44,824 nucleotides of DNA, taken from the NCBI GenBank assembly GCA_031265035.1, contig JAISDE010000108.1:1-44824 (forward strand), written 5' to 3'. The translations under genes and the position numbers were made by a program. Within the stretch, counting starts at the first letter, position 1. Every line of letters starts with the position of its first letter. Shown here one piece after another: positions 42,964-44,824 of this stretch. The DNA comes from Peptococcaceae bacterium. Lineage in GTDB: Bacteria > Bacillota > Peptococcia > DRI-13 > UBA5745. Under the pieces are notes generated by a model. That model had not been told where the DNA came from. It did no database searches and worked only from the letters and a program-made list of their open reading frames with translations.

Positions 42964-44824
42964 ATGAAAGTCAAGCGTATGCTCGCCACGGTATTGTCGC
43001 TCATCTTGTTATTGTCCATTTGCCCGGTGGCGGCTTGGGCCGCCCCGGACAAGCAGTGGTACGAAAACGACTATTGGGAATTGGAGCAGCTTCTCTCGCT
43101 GGGCGCGGCGTTGCCTGTATACAACGCCGCCGCCGGGCAGTATGAGATCAGTACGCCGGAACAGCTCCTTTTCCTCAGCGGGCTTTGGAAACCCGAGGAC
43201 AGCGACGGCGACGGCGCGCCGGACGCCCCCAACAACGGCTTTTATGTCCTCACCGCCGATCTGGATATGGCGCCGCTGATGGCGCGGATCGGCGGGGCTA
43301 TCAGCGCGGCCGCCGGCGAGAGCCGGGTCGGCTATATGCCCCCCATCGGCAGTGAGACCGACCAGACGGGCAAGGATCCTTTAGACACCAAATGCGCCTT
43401 CTTTGGCACCTTTGACGGGCAGGGACACGCCATACGCAATCTGAGGGTGGAGCGTATGGGTGACAAATACGCCGGTTTTTTCGGCAATATTGGGCATGAT
43501 TACGGCGAGGGCTATGTACGGAACCTCGCTGTTTTGGATATGTCCTTAAAGTCCGTCGCCTCCTGCGGCCTCCTGGCCGGCGCGATCTACGGCGATGTGG
43601 ACAATTGCGTGGTCACCGGTACCATAGAGTGCGACGAGAAAACGGTAGGCGGCCTGGCCGGGAAAATAAAAAAGAACGAGAACGGCTATATCGGCATAGC
43701 CCGCAACTGCTTTGCCTACGCGGAAATAGTGATTCACGGGCTTGGCAGTGAGAACGGCGCCTGCGGGGGGATCACCAGCGCCCAGAGCGACGGCGGCGCT
43801 ATAGAGAACTGCTTTGCCGCCGGCAGTATCACCGTCGAGGGCAGCAAGGCCGAGAGCGTCGGCGGCGTCAGCGGCAACCTCAATGGCGGCCAGACTGTCA
43901 CCGGCAATGTCATGGCGCTGAAAAGCATTCTGGTGGAGAGTGGCACGGACGTAGGCCTGCTGGCCGGAAACTACAGCGGCGCCAACGGCTCCGGCGTCTC
44001 CAACAATTATGTCTGGAACGGCACGGCGCTTACGGGCAATATATCCAGCGAGCATCCCGACGAGGCCGCTTTCGTCGCCGTCACCGCCGACGACCTGTTG
44101 AGCCAAAGCTTTTACGCCACTACCGTCGGCTGGGAATTTGATCAGGTCTGGGCCTGGGCGGGAGAAGCGACCCGGGGTGTGCCCATCCCCCGGCCTTTTG
44201 GTGAGATCGGCGCCGAGTTGGTTGACCTTTTGGCCGCCGACCTGGTGGTCAAAGACGTTATCCTCCGACCCAGCGAGCCGATGACCAACGCGGGCTATGA
44301 GGGCGAGCCCATTCCCCTGGTCGCCACCCTCACCCTGCCAGAGGCTCTCGCCGGGCAGGCGGCCGCTGTGACCCTGCATTACGGCGGGGAGAAAAATGGC
44401 GGGTCATTCACAAAGTCCGCCCCGATGCGGGACGGCGGCGACGGGATCTACAGCGTCGATTTCCCGGAAAACGCGGCGGGGGACTGGTATTATTACTTTT
44501 CCGCCGCGGTGGGCGATCTGGAGATCACCTGCCCCAGCGATACCGGCGTCGCGCTGCGGCTTTCCATTCAGCCCCGCTCCGCCAGAAAAACGCCTCAATA
44601 CATAACGGTCAATCCCGGCGAGACCTTTGATCGAATCGGGCTGGCCTGGATCACCCAGGACGGCGGGCTGAGCGCCAAGGTACTCTGGCGGGCGTCCGGC
44701 GGGGAGAATTGGACAGAGGTCGCCGCCAGCGATATCCGGGACGTGGCTCTCGGCGCCCGGGGGAATTACGTCAGCTATGAGGCCGAGTTGGAGGGACTGG
44801 CGGCTTCCACCGTATACGAGTACC
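42964..44824 (+). CDS. secreted GLUG-motif protein with a purple-acid-phosphatase-N-type (FN3-like) domain; partial, continues beyond the window
   Basis: Absent from the ORF track because it has no in-window stop; I translated it by hand. GGGAGGG RBS before ATG 42964. Signal peptide MKVKRMLATVLSLILLLSICPVAAWA. GLUG-like repeats (KTVGGLAGK..., ESVGGVSGN..., IENCFAAGSI). Then PQYITVNPGETFDRIGLAWITQDG...VLWRASGGENWTEV...LEGLAASTVYEY. Confidence 0.8.
   Translation, partial: MKVKRMLATVLSLILLLSICPVAAWAAPDKQWYENDYWELEQLLSLGAALPVYNAAAGQYEISTPEQLLFLSGLWKPEDSDGDGAPDAPNNGFYVLTADLDMAPLMARIGGAISAAAGESRVGYMPPIGSETDQTGKDPLDTKCAFFGTFDGQGHAIRNLRVERMGDKYAGFFGNIGHDYGEGYVRNLAVLDMSLKSVASCGLLAGAIYGDVDNCVVTGTIECDEKTVGGLAGKIKKNENGYIGIARNCFAYAEIVIHGLGSENGACGGITSAQSDGGAIENCFAAGSITVEGSKAESVGGVSGNLNGGQTVTGNVMALKSILVESGTDVGLLAGNYSGANGSGVSNNYVWNGTALTGNISSEHPDEAAFVAVTADDLLSQSFYATTVGWEFDQVWAWAGEATRGVPIPRPFGEIGAELVDLLAADLVVKDVILRPSEPMTNAGYEGEPIPLVATLTLPEALAGQAAAVTLHYGGEKNGGSFTKSAPMRDGGDGIYSVDFPENAAGDWYYYFSAAVGDLEITCPSDTGVALRLSIQPRSARKTPQYITVNPGETFDRIGLAWITQDGGLSAKVLWRASGGENWTEVAASDIRDVALGARGNYVSYEAELEGLAASTVYEY

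Overview
High-GC, Firmicutes/Clostridia-style chromosomal segment (the taxon is an inference from gene content and RBS style). I call about 36 protein-coding genes and find no rRNA, tRNA, CRISPR array, integrase or transposase. Gene order, left to right:
- a MATE exporter
- secA plus a secreted Ig-like/Cu-amine-oxidase-N protein
- an L-cysteine desulfidase-family gene
- AraC plus a siderophore/B12-type ABC importer
- a CydDC-like heterodimeric ABC exporter
- a visibly AT-richer PIN-toxin pair, followed 16 nt later by a TerB-N/TerB-C protein, a BrxD-like ATPase and an Lhr-like helicase (Shango-type defence triad); this is the main accessory island, about 16.1-22.4 kb
- a ComFB-family gene overlapping a second heterodimeric ABC exporter
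- a PatB/MalY C-S lyase and a DmpA-type peptidase
- a degraded AT-rich patch holding a strong fold-back element around a 35-codon ORF and a truncated AAA ATPase
- a duplicated-domain lipoprotein
- a ComEC-like MBL hydrolase plus a 4-TM protein
- a long minus-strand LacI-headed cluster (PHP phosphoesterase, PfkB kinase, PiT/DUF47 phosphate transporter, HAD hydrolase, ABC importer)
- divergent from it, a secreted GLUG/purple-acid-phosphatase-N protein that runs off the window and is missing from the ORF track.

Patterns not explained by gene calls:
1. Short tandem duplications anchored on stop codons fill many intergenic spacers.
2. One 12-nt repeat family encoding (X-Q-A-X)n sits at the 5' end of two unrelated genes.
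3. Identical 14-nt PurR/RbsR-like operators follow two consensus divergent promoters.

Many long ORFs in the track are antisense shadows of real genes in GC-rich DNA and are rejected.
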